Shown piece after piece: positions 1 to 11,830 of a stretch of DNA of 64,000 nt (position 1 is its first letter; every line of letters begins with the position of its first letter). Source of the DNA: Octopus sinensis (lineage: Eukaryota); assembly GCF_006345805.1 (NCBI RefSeq), contig NC_042997.1, positions 185,876,001 through 185,940,000 on the forward strand. Direction: 5' to 3'. The notes under the pieces were generated by a model. That model was not told the origin of the DNA. It saw only the letters and a list, made by a program, of their open reading frames with translations, and searched no databases. Position numbers and translations under genes: made by a program.

Positions 1-510
1 TGTGATTCTAGATTTTGCTGGCAAACTTAATCTGGCAGCAAATTCTAAACATAGAGCTAAGAACCGACGAAAAATAAAAATAAGAGATAATAATGTCTTG
101 GCCTGAAAACTCTCTGTAGATACAAGGGAACATATACTGAAAAGCTTCGTTCTAGTTGGTCAATACATGATTAATCATTGGATTTTTCTTCTGCAGTATA
201 TATGCTACCAACAAAAACAAACAACATAGAAATCAATAAGATTAAGAGCAAGAGTGAAAGATACTCAATAGATTAAAGTATTCACACAGGTTTTCGGTTT
301 CTCCTAATTTTAACTGTCTTCCTGTCAAAATGCTCCTATCTGTGAAATGTTACCCTTTGCGTGCCAGTTAGATCAAATGACCAATTATTTTCGATCAAAC
401 TATATTAACCCTTGCTTGACCTTTTTGGTGACTTTCTGCAAAGAAGCAACGTTCAAGCATACATAGTTGCTACTGGTTACTGCCAAAGCGATGCACAATA
501 GATAATCCTT

Positions 511-768
511 CCTTCTACAGTCACAAGGTCTGGAACCCTAGGGAAAGGGAATAGTCTCGATTGCAGTGCGTAACTGATTCTTATTTTCTCGACCACGAAA
601 GGGTGAAAGGCAAAATCGGCCTCATCAGAATTTAGACTCAGAACATAAGACAGACAAAATGCTTAGCAGCATTTTAGCCGTTCATTTGAATTCAGAAAAC
701 GCAGACTGATAAAATGCCGCTACGCATTTCAGCCGGCGTGATAAGAATTCTGCCAGTTCGCCGCTTTA
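511..768 (-). mobile_element. Degenerate SINE family A copy with partly duplicated head
   Basis: Reverse complement matches the family-A head (GGCGGCGAACTGGCAGAA...) and core (TTTGCCTTTCACCCTTTCGTGGTCGAG); many substitutions. Confidence 0.7.
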
Positions 769-878
769 TTTTTATACAAGAATAATCCACTCTCTTTTCT
801 TATTAACAATGTATTTATTACACCAATATATTGTGCTAAAATTCAAGCAAGATATAACAGTGTATATGTTGCTTGAAT

Positions 879-1109
879 AGGCGGCGAGCTGGCAGAAACT
901 TTAGCGGGCCGGGCGAAATGCTTAGCGGCATTTCGTCTGTCGTTACGCACTGATTTCAAATTCCGCCGAGGTCGACTTTGCCTTTCATCATCTCGGGGTC
1001 GATAAATAAAGTACCAGTTTCGCACTCGGTCGATGTAATCGACTTAATCCCTTTGCCTGTCCTTGTTTGTCCCCTCTATGTTTATCCCCTTGTGGGTAGT
1101 AAAGAAATA
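879..1109 (+). mobile_element. SINE family A, tail type 1 (A1), full-length monomer with ~16-bp TSD
   Basis: tRNA-like head with B-box-like TTTCAAATTCC (consensus GTTCAAATTCC), core GTCGACTTTGCCTTTCATC..GGGGTCGATAAATAAAGTACCAG, tail ending GTAAAGAAATA. Flanked by TATATGTTGCTTGAAT (863-878) and TATATGTTGCATTGAAT (1110-1126). Confidence 0.9.
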
Positions 1110-1561
1110 TATATGTTGCATTGAATTTGCCGAGAATTTCTCCAGTGTTCGATTATCATTAAATGAGAGAAAAAAAAAAGGAAGTTTTAAAAATTCATTT
1201 CATCAAGCATTCTAAGAATATATTACTTCGAAAAGAATCGAGTACAATGCCGTTTAAATTGAACGGAAAAATCTCACGCATGCTTCACCATTAGCAGTTT
1301 CCGTTTTAACTTGAGGTGTAAGCTTTACCTAAGCAAAAATTATCTATTCAAAATTATTCTTGGAGTTATTGACAGCTCTGTGATTATAAGCCGTTGTAGG
1401 CAAGCTGTACAATACCTATTCTTTAAACCTAGGTACTACTAGAAGGATGATTCAGGAAATATTCAGAAACTTTTAAAGCGCTATGGATCTTATTGATTCT
1501 GACAGTTATATATTTAATAGATTTTTCCCTTGCACAGTCGTATGTTCAATGAAATCGTAAG

Positions 1562-1623
1562 TAACTGATCCGCCTCCATTTTTCTTTTGTCCAAAGCCAG
1601 GAAATTTTCAGCTAACCTTCGTA
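1562..1623 (+). mobile_element. 3' terminus of mariner-derived MITE
   Basis: TAACTGATCC...CCAAAGCCAGGAAATTTTCAGC...TTCGTA matches the right end of the copies at 2820-3023 and 35797-35972. Confidence 0.6.
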
Positions 1624-1684
1624 TATTTATCATTTCAGTCTGCCCTTGAGTAATCCTGAAATTTCTGCCGATTACGTTGGAGTG

Positions 1685-1732
<48 letters not shown>

Positions 1733-2203
1733 ATATATATTATATATTATATATATACATACACACACACATATATATGTGTGTATGTAATGAATATATA
1801 TATATATAATATATATATATGAATGTGGGTGTATTCTCGTTTACTATATCGTTTGCATAACGATAACTTTCATTATCTACAATCGTATTCTTCAAATAAC
1901 GACTATATTGTCAACGAATATGATTATATATTGTATGTTATCCAATATGTTATAATATTCAAACATTTCCATTCTATATTATTAGATACAAAATTTTATG
2001 TTCCATTTCTCATAATAATACGAAAAACGGCAGCGTTTTATGAAATTTCATTTAACAATAAAATATATAACACTATTTTCATTGTCAAGTATTCAATTTA
2101 ATATTTTTTTTGCTCAACTTTTTTTTTTCTCTTTCACTTTCCCTGAGAAGCTAGACATATGTGTGCGCGCTCACTTGTGCGTGTGAGTATGCAGTATATA
2201 CAT

Positions 2204-2246
<43 letters not shown>

Positions 2247-2318
2247 GATATATAATAATATATATAGATATATATATATATTTTACATACATATTTATAT
2301 ATATACATACATACATAA

Positions 2319-2386
<68 letters not shown>

Positions 2387-2479
2387 AAATATTATTAGAG
2401 ACACAACCACTATTTTGCAAAACAAACAAGGAAAGACTTAATCAATACATAAAATTTTAATAAATAGTCAAAAAAAACG

Positions 2480-2522
2480 CCACTACAATCGTTTCTTGTC
2501 TTGATTGACAATCTTCAGGGGA
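2480..2522 (-). ncRNA. Minimal type I hammerhead ribozyme motif
   Basis: Minus strand TCCC-CTGAAGA-TTGTC/aatcaa/GACAA-GAAAC-gatt-GTA-GTGG: intact CUGANGA and GAAA cores, 5-bp helix II, GUA triplet; helix I has one mismatch. Confidence 0.7.
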
Positions 2523-2553
2523 CTTCCATAAGTCGAAACTGACTTATTGAAGT

Positions 2554-2595
2554 CCACCTGAAGATTGTCGATCAAGACAGAAACGATTGTATGGC
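2554..2595 (+). ncRNA. Minimal type I hammerhead ribozyme motif (mirror copy)
   Basis: CCAC-CTGAAGA(2558-64)-T-TGTC/gatcaa/GACA-GAAAC(2580-84)-gatt-GTA(2589-91)-TGGC; a 1-nt deletion in the helix I 3' strand relative to the other copy. Confidence 0.7.
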
Positions 2596-2819
2596 GTTTT
2601 TTTTTACTATTTATTAAAATTTTATGTATTGATTAAGTCTTTCCTTGTTGTTTTGGCAAATAGTGGTTTTGTCTCTAATTATTTTATAATATTTTACTAT
2701 TAAATTGGATTTAATCTAAATCTGATTTTTTTTCCCTGTAAATTTGGATTTATTCCCTAATATTTATTATTATATATATATAATAATATATATATATAAT
2801 ATATATATATATCTATAAA

Positions 2820-3023
2820 TACGAGGTTGCTGAAAATTTCTGTCTTTAGGGTGTCACCAAAGGCCTGGTTAGAGGCCTAGACTTCCGAGATGTTTTTACG
2901 GGGCTTAGAAAACGAAGGGCCGCTACGATTGGTGTGTGAATCTGAGAAGTGAATATGTTGAATAAATAATAATAATTAACTGATCCTCCTGTATTTTGCG
3001 TTACCCAAAGCCAGGAACTTCTC
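2820..3023 (+). mobile_element. Mariner-derived MITE retaining the transposase C-terminus
   Basis: TA-CGAGGTTGCTGAAAATTTCTGTCTTT left end and AAAGCCAGGAACTTCTCA right end. Internal frame FYGA*KTKGRYDWCVNLRSEYVE* resembles the mariner C-terminus FYxxGIxKLxxRWxKCVxxxGEYVE. Confidence 0.75.
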
Positions 3024-3730
3024 AAATATATATATGTATGTATATATATTTATGTATATATGTATGAGCATATATGAATGGATGAATATATATATATATA
3101 TATAGTTTTTGGATTTGGTTTGCAGGATTCTTTTTGTGAGTTGGTGTGTTAAAACATATTCTGTTGTGTCTGAGGAGAGTCATTCTCTTTTGGTGCCTTA
3201 TAATTTATCACACTCAACGGTAAAATGTTCCCCTTCTTTTCCTTTTCTAAAATTTTCGTTGCGTCTTGCAATGTTTTCAATATATATATATGCATACATT
3301 TGTATATCTACTTATTTACTTATCTATTGTCGTAGATGTTTTTGTTGTTGCAACATATAATATGTTTTTGTTGTTGCAATATATATAATATATATCACGA
3401 AATCTTTTTTTTTTTTATGAACGTGTAAAATTTCTAGAAACATGAAAATCATTCCTCTTTGTTGCAATAAAATATAATGAAATATAATTGGCAACAATAA
3501 AACGGCATTGAAACATAGAATGATGTCATAAATGTTAATATAGACATTTATAGATGCAAGCATCGCCTCTAGATAGGAAGCTTTCTTTACAACCACGTTG
3601 TTACAAGTTCAGTTCCACAACCTGGTATCTGGGACACGCATTCTCTACTATAACCCGGATTCGACCGACAGGTGTAAGGTAATTTGATAGACGGAACGTG
3701 TGTAGAAGACCGTTGTGTTTATGCACGCGT

Positions 3731-3769
<39 letters not shown>

Positions 3770-3888
3770 AGTGTGCGCGCGCGTGTGCATAGTAAGCCCT
3801 CAACTATCGCGGGCGTTACGTTCTAAAAACACCCGTGACAGATAAAATCCGTGAAGTAGGAACAATACTGCACTCTATTTTTATTTTT

Positions 3889-3966
<78 letters not shown>

Positions 3967-3967
3967 T

Positions 3968-4160
3968 TAATCCAAACAAGAAAACACAAAAAAACACAAC
4001 AACGCGAGGACGTGGAACAAATATAGTATTATTGGACGCTCAGGAAAGAAGGACGGTTTAACGTTTCGAGCGGAGCTCTTCATCGGAAACATAGAAGGAA
4101 AGACCAGAGAAGGGAAACAGAGGAAAAAAAAAATCGGCCAGCGGTACACACGAGGTCATA
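3968..4160 (-). mobile_element. PLE-derived short element with minimal hammerhead motif (4056-4090)
   Basis: Minus GTTT-CCGATGA-A-GAGC/tcc/GCTC-GAAAC-GT-T-AAAC (U4 to C mutation). Same family as 31300-31505; (TA)n on both sides. Confidence 0.7.
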
Positions 4161-4171
4161 TATATATATAT

Positions 4172-4242
<71 letters not shown>

Positions 4243-4822
4243 ATCATAAATGCAAAACAACATCACAGAGGAATCGACGTAAGCTTAAATAATAAACCAC
4301 GATAGTTGAACCGCGATATGGTGAAGGATTACTCTATCTGTGTTTTTTTGTGCTTGTGTTGGTCACTCCATTCTCTCGCAACCAGTATTCGCTTGCTTAC
4401 TTTCTCGTACACTAACCGTTCGGCATAAGGGTTCGATAAAATAGGTACCGGTTTTATAAGAAACGTATGTTCTGGGATCTATCTAAAATTCTTTTAAGCT
4501 GATGCCTCAGTATGGCACAGTCTTCGTATTTTGTAGCTTACGAATGATGATACCGAGTTAATGGTGCCATTCGAAAGCTACAACAATGTCCGTTAGAGGT
4601 TTTTCTCTTTGCAACAGAGTAACGAGAAATTAAGTATTTTGCTCATGAACAAGTTGCACCACCACTCTGGAAACCGAAACTACGATCCTGCGTTCGGGTG
4701 TGGAACACCCGTACCAGTAAGCCGCGTTCCTTCACATATATATATCTATACATACACACACATACATGTATATATATATTTACATACATACATTCACATA
4801 TGTATATATATATACACATATA

Positions 4823-5628
4823 TACTCTTTACTCTTTTACATGTTTCTGTCATGAGACTGTGGCCATGCTGGAGCACCGCCTTTAGTCGATCAAATCGAC
4901 CCCAGGACTTATTCATTGTAAGGCTAGTACTTATTCTATCGGTCTCTTTTGCCGAACAACTAAGTTACGGGAACTTAAACAAACCAGCCTCGGTTGTCAA
5001 ACGATGTTGGGGGGGAGGACACAGATACACAACATACATATATATAATCTATACTTATATTTATATTATCTTATATATATATTCTACTTATTATACATTA
5101 CTCTTTTATGTACACTTTTTTATGTACATTCCTTTATGTAGACTGATTTGTTCTGCTTTTTATATTTAACCCGACAGTCTCTTATGTGGTGGTTTAATAA
5201 AGTATGTGATTGAGTATTATCTGATAATTGATATTTGATTTAGATTATTTCTCCATTTTCTATCTTGTATTAGTAATTTGTAGTAAATCATTTTACCTTT
5301 GCCCATATATACAGTAAATGAATTGATTGCATCGCAATCATTAACATTTATGTATTAACTTTTTGGGTACTTCACTAGCAGTATATTGGATATATGTTAT
5401 CCACGGAGGGTTGCATTTACAACCCCTATCTCAATTTGTAACTATATATATACATATATACGAGGGGATTCTTTCAGTTTCCGTCCACCAAATCGACTCA
5501 CAAGGCTTCGGTCGGCCCGAGGCTATAGTAGAAGACACATGCCCAATGAACTGGGCATATATAGTTTTTGAACCCGGAACCATGTGGTTGGTAAGCAAGC
5601 TACTTACCACACAGCCACTCCTGCGCCC
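4823..5628 (-). mobile_element. SINE family B (tRNA head + CORE-like + microsatellite + tail) split by a ~400-bp insert in its central (TA)n
   Basis: Tail 4823-5030 and head 5455-5628 match intact B copies; unrelated AT-rich sequence occupies ~5060-5445. Confidence 0.85.
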
Positions 5629-5669
5629 ATATATATATATATATATACTAGTAAATACTGTCAGCTTCA

Positions 5670-5860
5670 AACTACACCACTTTCGAAATCTCGAGAAAAT
5701 GTTCTCAGTTGTACCTCAGTTTTTTAGCTGCTTGCCTAAAGAAATCAGATTCATAAAAGGAACATCTAACGACGATACCGGACTGGCCAAGAATCCAAGG
5801 ATACACTCACAGAAACTCAGCTGCTACACACCCAATGATAGATCAACTTCCAGCCATTAA
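5670..5860 (+). pseudogene. Possible LINE ORF2 C-terminal remnant
   Basis: Frame ...VPQFFSCLPKEIR... resembles the GPxLFNxLPxxIR motif near the 3' end of CR1/Jockey-group ORF2; short match. Confidence 0.3.
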
Positions 5861-6337
5861 GCAACAACAAATCTAAAAGAAAATAAATTAAGGCGGCGCT
5901 CCAGCATGACCGCAGTCCTACAACTGACACGATTTTAAAAATAAAAGAAAAACGGAATGTGTGTGTATGTGTGTGCGTTTGTGTGCGTGTATGAAATTAT
6001 GGGTGTGTAATATTAGACTCTACAAAAGCATTGCGTAAATTGGAAAGACAAATTTTCGTATTACATTTACTTCGAACGAGAACAGGCATTAAAATACTGG
6101 TGTGCAACTGGAGTGTTTGCTTTCATTGCTATAATATATATTTGAGCATATCTATGAAGCTATTAGCAACTATTTTTATGTGACAGCTTATATAAAAAAT
6201 TACGTCTCTATAATATATCTACAAAGAGTAAAAGAGAGAATAGTTACACGTTCATTCTAACACTAGTTTAAATCATCTAAAGCAGCTGTGTACAGGCTTT
6301 CCATATCCACATTGTTTAAGAATTGATGTGTAAATCG

Positions 6338-6572
6338 TTCCCACCTGATACGATCAACGGAACAACTTGCTCGTGAAATTAACGTATAAATGGCTGAGCA
6401 CTCCACAGATAAGTTTACCCAGAGAGATACAGCGTAAGACAGAATGTGACAAGATTGGCCCTTGGAAATACAGATACTACTCATTTTTGCCAGCTGATTG
6501 GACTGGAGCAACGGGAATTGAACCCACGACCTTATGATCGTGAGGCCACATAATCACTAGGCCGCGCTCCTT
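6338..6572 (-). mobile_element. SINE family E (E1 tail), internally deleted
   Basis: Matches 47957-48276 (TGATACGATCAACGGAACA.CTTGCTCGTGAAATTAACGT...GACTGGAGCAACG); tRNA-like head at the right end. Confidence 0.8.
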
Positions 6573-6576
6573 ATAC

Positions 6577-6667
<91 letters not shown>

Positions 6668-7062
6668 TATATAATATGTGACAATTATTCGGTAGCCAAA
6701 ATAAAAACTTCTGGGTTTCGGATGCCGAGATGGTGCCGTGGAAATCCACACCACCATCTCTTCGGTTATCCGGCCATCTGAAAAACGCTATGAAAAAAGA
6801 CCGTTATACAAAGGGAAATTACTGTGTTATAGATCGCTATTTATACAAAAGCACTAATTCGAATGACCGCTAATAAAGATAAGGTTAAGAGTTCATAGTA
6901 AATGCGTAAGCGCGCATATTCATACGTACACATGTGCGCTCGCACACCCACGTACGTACGCATACATCACTATGAAAACGTACACATCTTCACTCGCATC
7001 TTTCGCCAAATGTATATGCATATATATACAAACCCCACACACACACGCGCGCACTGTATGTA

Positions 7063-7190
7063 TATAGGCGTGGCTGTGTGGTAAGAAGCTGACTTCCCAA
7101 GCACATGGTCCCGGGTTCAGTCCCACTGTGTAGCACCTTAGGCAAGTGTCTTCTACTATAGACTCGGGCCGATCAAAGCCTTGTGAGTAT
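7063..7190 (+). mobile_element. SINE family B head/CORE fragment
   Basis: GGCGTGGCTGTGTGGTAAG...GGTTCAGTCCC...CCTTAGGCAAGTGTCTTCTACTATAG. Confidence 0.8.
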
Positions 7191-7917
7191 ATTTTGTGTG
7201 TGTGTGTGTGTGTGAGTATGTATATTCTATTATTCTTTTACTTGTTTCAGTCATTTGAGTGCAGGAGCACCACGTTCAAAAGTTTTTTTTAGTCGAACCA
7301 AATTCTTATTTTTAAGCTTACTACTTGTTCTGTCGGTTATCAAGCAATGATGGGAGAACAAAACCACACGTGCATACGTAGAAAATCCACCCACAAGGCT
7401 TTGGTGGGCCTGAGGCTATTGTAGAAGACACTTCTTGCGCAAAGCGCTACACATTGGCACCGAAGCCGGAACCCTGTGATTGGAAAGCCTGCGCCTAAGA
7501 TTATGTCTTACGAAGAATGCAACGTGTAAGATATCCTGGAAATGACAGACTCTGCAATACTTAGTCACACGCGCACACACTCTCACAGGCACATATACAT
7601 GCACACGTACGAATACGCACATATATGGATATGTAGATGTGAGTATATATATGTATGTTGCTTGCGTTATAAAAATCAATAAACATTCGGAAGAACGTGG
7701 AATAATTCTTTTTGTGAATTGAGTTTGAAGAACTGATAAAGTAATATAAGAATTTCTCTATATATTTTGAAGGCAAATGCTTACTAATTTGGAATTACTG
7801 TCAGCATTTTCCTTGCAAAACGTTTACAACAAAACATACACACACACCCTCACCTCACACACACACATATATATATATATGATAATCTAATTGGTTATAG
7901 ATATATACAAACACCTT

Positions 7918-7957
<40 letters not shown>

Positions 7958-9062
7958 CAAATTTTATATGGAAAATAGTTTGTCTATTGACTTTCTATAC
8001 ATGCTAGGCCACTGGTAGTGAAATTTCAAAAATTTCTCTACCCTACATTCTATGAATATGATTTTAGTAATTTCAGAAATTTAATTCGACATTAATTCAG
8101 CTACTGCCGATTGAAACCGCGCTTGCGCGGTGAATTTGAAAAATTATCATATATAATGATCAGACACGTGTTATTATTTCTGTCTCTAAATTATATCTTA
8201 ATGTTTTGGCGTAATCACTGATGAGAACTTTGTCTAGCAAATCATTTTATTTGCAAATTAGAGTTTAAAACCTAGGTATGGGTGTAAAAGGAAACAAGGT
8301 AAAAGTTTATATTTTTCATTCCCTTCAAAATTGCCCTTAAATGTGGTTTTGGTCGATTTGACTGCTACATCTAGCATGTAAGGCTGCCTGTTAAGGGTCG
8401 CCTCGTTTTGTGTTCAAATGTACACTAATCTTATATATATATATATACGTGTGTATACATAACTATCTTTTTTAGCATGAGTGTATGTATAAATTACATG
8501 CATGCGCACACAAATATACACAAACACATATATACATACATACATTCACTATTCACATTATACACACACGTGAATAAGAATGTATGTGAGTATATGAGTC
8601 TTTATAAGCACAAATAGACGTGTGCGAATAATATATGAACGGTGCTAGGAAGAGTATATGTATATGTAAAAATTTTGCATAAATTATGTACGCTTCGCTA
8701 ATCAAATTGTTACCATATTCTCGAAGCATCTGACATGGTGGTGATGGATTTGGGAGCACAATCCTGTCAGACCTACGGAACCATGGAGAAACAGATGTTA
8801 ATTAAAATCTTGATGATCTATGGATACAAGGTAGTGCGTGTTTAATAGTAGCATGTACGTGCTTGCGTGTGTAATAAGTTACGAGAGAACGAGCCAATGT
8901 GTGTTGCGCAGGTGAACGAAATGTTTAGCTGCAAAGGCATCTGAATGTTTGTGACTTAATCTATTTGTCATTTTCTGTTTGACTAGCGTTCCTTCGCTCA
9001 CCACATGTAACTTTATATACACTTACCTATACATACGTACATATACATATATACATATATAT

Positions 9063-9103
<41 letters not shown>

Positions 9104-9426
9104 TATATGTACATATACATAATTACACATAAAGACACATATATAGATATATATATACACACACAAATATATATATACATACATATATATGTATATACAT
9201 ACCTATATATATATTCATTTGACAAGTAAATAACACACGAATATACATTTACATAGATACATATACTTATTCACATAAATATATTTAGAGAGTGTATATG
9301 TGAGTAATAAACACACACATAAATATATACATATATATAAACATATATATATATACATGAAATATAAATATATACTCACACACATATGCATACATGTGCA
9401 TATATATATATGTGTGTATGTTACAT

Positions 9427-9641
9427 AAAATGAGAGAACAAAGCCATGGTTATGTGGAATTTTCAGGACATTTATAAAGAGTTAATCTTACAGCTGTTTC
9501 TGAGATGTTAGGGATATCCTATCATCAGAGACAATGTAAGATGACGGATCCCTAATATCCCAGGAACAGCTTTAAGATTAACTTTCTCTTCATAAATGTC
9601 CTGAAAATTCCACTCAGCCTTGGCTTTGTTGCTTCATTTTA
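9427..9641. mobile_element. Fold-back palindrome (~90-bp arms) with a minus-strand hammerhead motif at 9485-9532
   Basis: Arms 9427-9515 and 9549-9641 are inverted. Minus GTCT-CTGATGA-taggata...catctca-GAAAC-AGCT-GTA-AGAT; helix III ACAGCTGT is self-complementary. Confidence 0.8.
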
Positions 9642-9646
9642 TTTAA

Positions 9647-10320
9647 GGGTAGCCAAATCACGAATAAAAGCAATTTCAAAGGGAATGGAAATAGAAAATA
9701 TTTTTGTAGTTACCCTCAGACTCAAGTTTTTATATCGTCTTAGAGGTGCCTTGTATCAAAACAATATCATTCGTAGCAGACATTCTCTTGACATCGTTCA
9801 CATGCGTCTGTCTCGGGCTCTGAAATTACAGCCCGATTTGATATCAATAATCGTAAAAATTAAAAGCAATTCAAATTCAATGTTTTCTTGTATTAATAAA
9901 TTTCTATAGAGATTAGGATTTAAATTCCAATGTATGAAAAGGTTCCGTTCTACAATATTCTTAAAGGAACGAAAAATTATCCAGCAACTTGTGCTAATAC
10001 GAAGGAGCCTGGTAGGTGTAATATAATTTTCGGAATCCACCACGCAAGCGCAGTTACATCCGGCAGCACATAATAATCAAAAATTAAAACCGCATAAAAT
10101 TATAGTATGTAAGTATACAGCACGTGTGTTTTCGGTGCTATTTACTGCATAAATATGCATTAATTTTAGCAACCTCACTGATGAAGTGCAGATGGCAAAT
10201 TCATTTATTTACACATTGATATCTGTAGTTACCCTCAGACTCGAGTCTGAGGGTAACTACAAAAATATGTTTATTTCCATTCCCTTTGAAATTGCTTTTA
10301 TTCGTGGTTTGGCTACCCTT
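9647..10320. mobile_element. Element with ~80-bp inverted ends and a perfect 38-bp palindrome (10224-10261); probably PLE-derived
   Basis: 9647-9726 is the reverse complement of ~10237-10319. The ends carry (GAAAC)TCGA-GTC-TGAGGG, the hammerhead helix III/cleavage/helix I part. The internal minus frame CNCACVVDSENYITPTRLLRIS weakly resembles GIY-YIG. Confidence 0.6.
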
Positions 10321-10496
10321 TCTAGCACGTAAGGTGTCCTGTCAAAGGTTACCTCTTTCGTGTATAAATACTTAAATTGTTTATACACTACTATATATGA
10401 AAATATGTTGTCTATTGACGTTATTACGCATGCTAGATACCGGTATAAAGATTTTTCTACCCTTATTATTTTCACAGTGTACACACACACACACAC

Positions 10497-10548
<52 letters not shown>

Positions 10549-10575
10549 GTAATAATAATAATAATGATAATAATA

Positions 10576-11330
10576 ATTGTATGGATTGCCACTTGTGCAT
10601 GTAGGAAATCCAAATGACTACCTGAATGTAGTGTTGAAAATCATGTGACTTTTTGTTTCTTCCGTCTGTATTTTCCAGAAATCCGGTTGATAATAAATAA
10701 AACTAAGTCTGGGACAATAGCTAACAAACACACACACAACATTAAAGTAATTCTTTACAGATGTCCGTATGTTTCACACTTCACGAAGTTGTAAACGAAA
10801 GAAGAATTTGTTTTAATTGATAGCTTTCACAAAGTTTAAAACGTGAGTATTTTAAAAGAATTAAAGATATTTCATATAATTTTGAAAAGGGAGGGCATAG
10901 ACTTTTTTTCTGTTTATATAAGGTAAGTGATAAAACAAAATGGCTTGTCGATGTATATTTAGTTTTAATCACAAAGCATTGACATGTGTGTGTTAGCTCA
11001 GTTTTATTTATATCCAACCAAACTTCTAGAAAATACAGACGGAAGAAACAAAAGGTCACATGATTTTCATCACTACCTTCATGTAGTCATTTGGATTTCC
11101 TACATGCACAAGTGGCAATCCATACAAAGTTTGACACGGATCATACGCATCTATCAGGTTCACATCCAATTGCAGCTAGAATTATTGAAATGGTCACAAA
11201 ACGGTTTTCAACACCTATTCTTTTTACACCGTGCTCTTCAGAGAGATGTCAGATAAATATGCACATAAGGTGTACATTTGCTCGAAAGAGAGTAAAACAG
11301 TGAAGCAAGATCAGATATTTAGTGAAAGCA
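10576..11330 (+). pseudogene. Penelope-like element RT remnant with an inverted partial duplication upstream
   Basis: Plus frames give NFEKEGIDFFLFI*GK**NKMACR (cf. NYFEFDGxFYxQxxGTAMGTKMAP) and HLDFLH...IHTKFDTDHTHLSGSHP (cf. LxFLD...VYRKPTxTxxYLxxxSxHP). 10576-10710 is the reverse complement of ~10995-11128. Confidence 0.65.
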
Positions 11331-11361
11331 TGTCTACATATCTGTTAGCAATTGATATTTC

Positions 11362-11559
11362 TACTTTCACTTTTACTTTTACTTGTTTCAGTCATTTGAC
11401 TGTAGCCATGCTGGAGCATCACCTTTAGTCGAGCAAATCGCCCCCAGGACTTATTCTATCGATCTCTTTTGCTGAACCGCTAAGTTACGGGAAACGTAAA
11501 CACACCAGCATCGGTTCTCAAGCGATGTTGGGGGGATAAATGCAGACACACAAACATAT

Positions 11560-11612
<53 letters not shown>

Positions 11613-11830
11613 ACACACACACCACACACACACTCACACACACATATATATATCCCTTTATATATACGACGGACTTCTTTCAGTTTCCGTCTACCAAATC
11701 CACTCACAAGGCTTTGGTCGGCCCGAGGCTATAGTAGAAGATACTTGCCCAAGGTGCCACGCAGTGGGCCTGAACCCGGAACCATGTGGTTGGTAAGCAT
11801 ACTACTTACCACACAGCCACGCCTGCGCCT
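11362..11830 (-). mobile_element. SINE family B, full length
   Basis: Head AGGCGCAGGCGTGGCTGTGTGGTAAG, CORE-like CCTTGGGCAAG, (TA)n(TG)n, tail ending in GTAAAA repeats. Confidence 0.92.

Larger units (their letters stand above)
2383..2688. mobile_element. ~300-bp fold-back palindrome carrying two inverted PLE-type minimal hammerhead motifs
   Basis: Arms ~2383-2530 and ~2545-2688 are near-perfect reverse complements. Hammerhead cores at 2480-2522 (-) and 2554-2595 (+). Preceded by (TA)n; the right arm continues unpaired to a TA-rich tract near 2780. Confidence 0.85.

Noticed and set aside
8210-8260. CTGATGA/CTGANGA words here and at ~3171, 10179, 23394, 23989, ~36100 (minus) and ~37000-37030 (minus)
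   Set aside because: Each lacks a correctly placed GAAA, helix I or helix III; possibly decayed PLE ends but not supportable as ribozymes.
8702-8840. Open frame MVVMDLGAQSCQTYG...YGYK with a possible donor
   Set aside because: No acceptor, weak donor (GTAGTG), no recognisable motif.
9647-10320. Kolobok/DNA-transposon MITE interpretation (TTAA-GGG left end)
   Set aside because: The right end lacks TTAA, and the inner ends carry hammerhead helix III/cleavage motifs; a PLE origin is preferred, though not proven.
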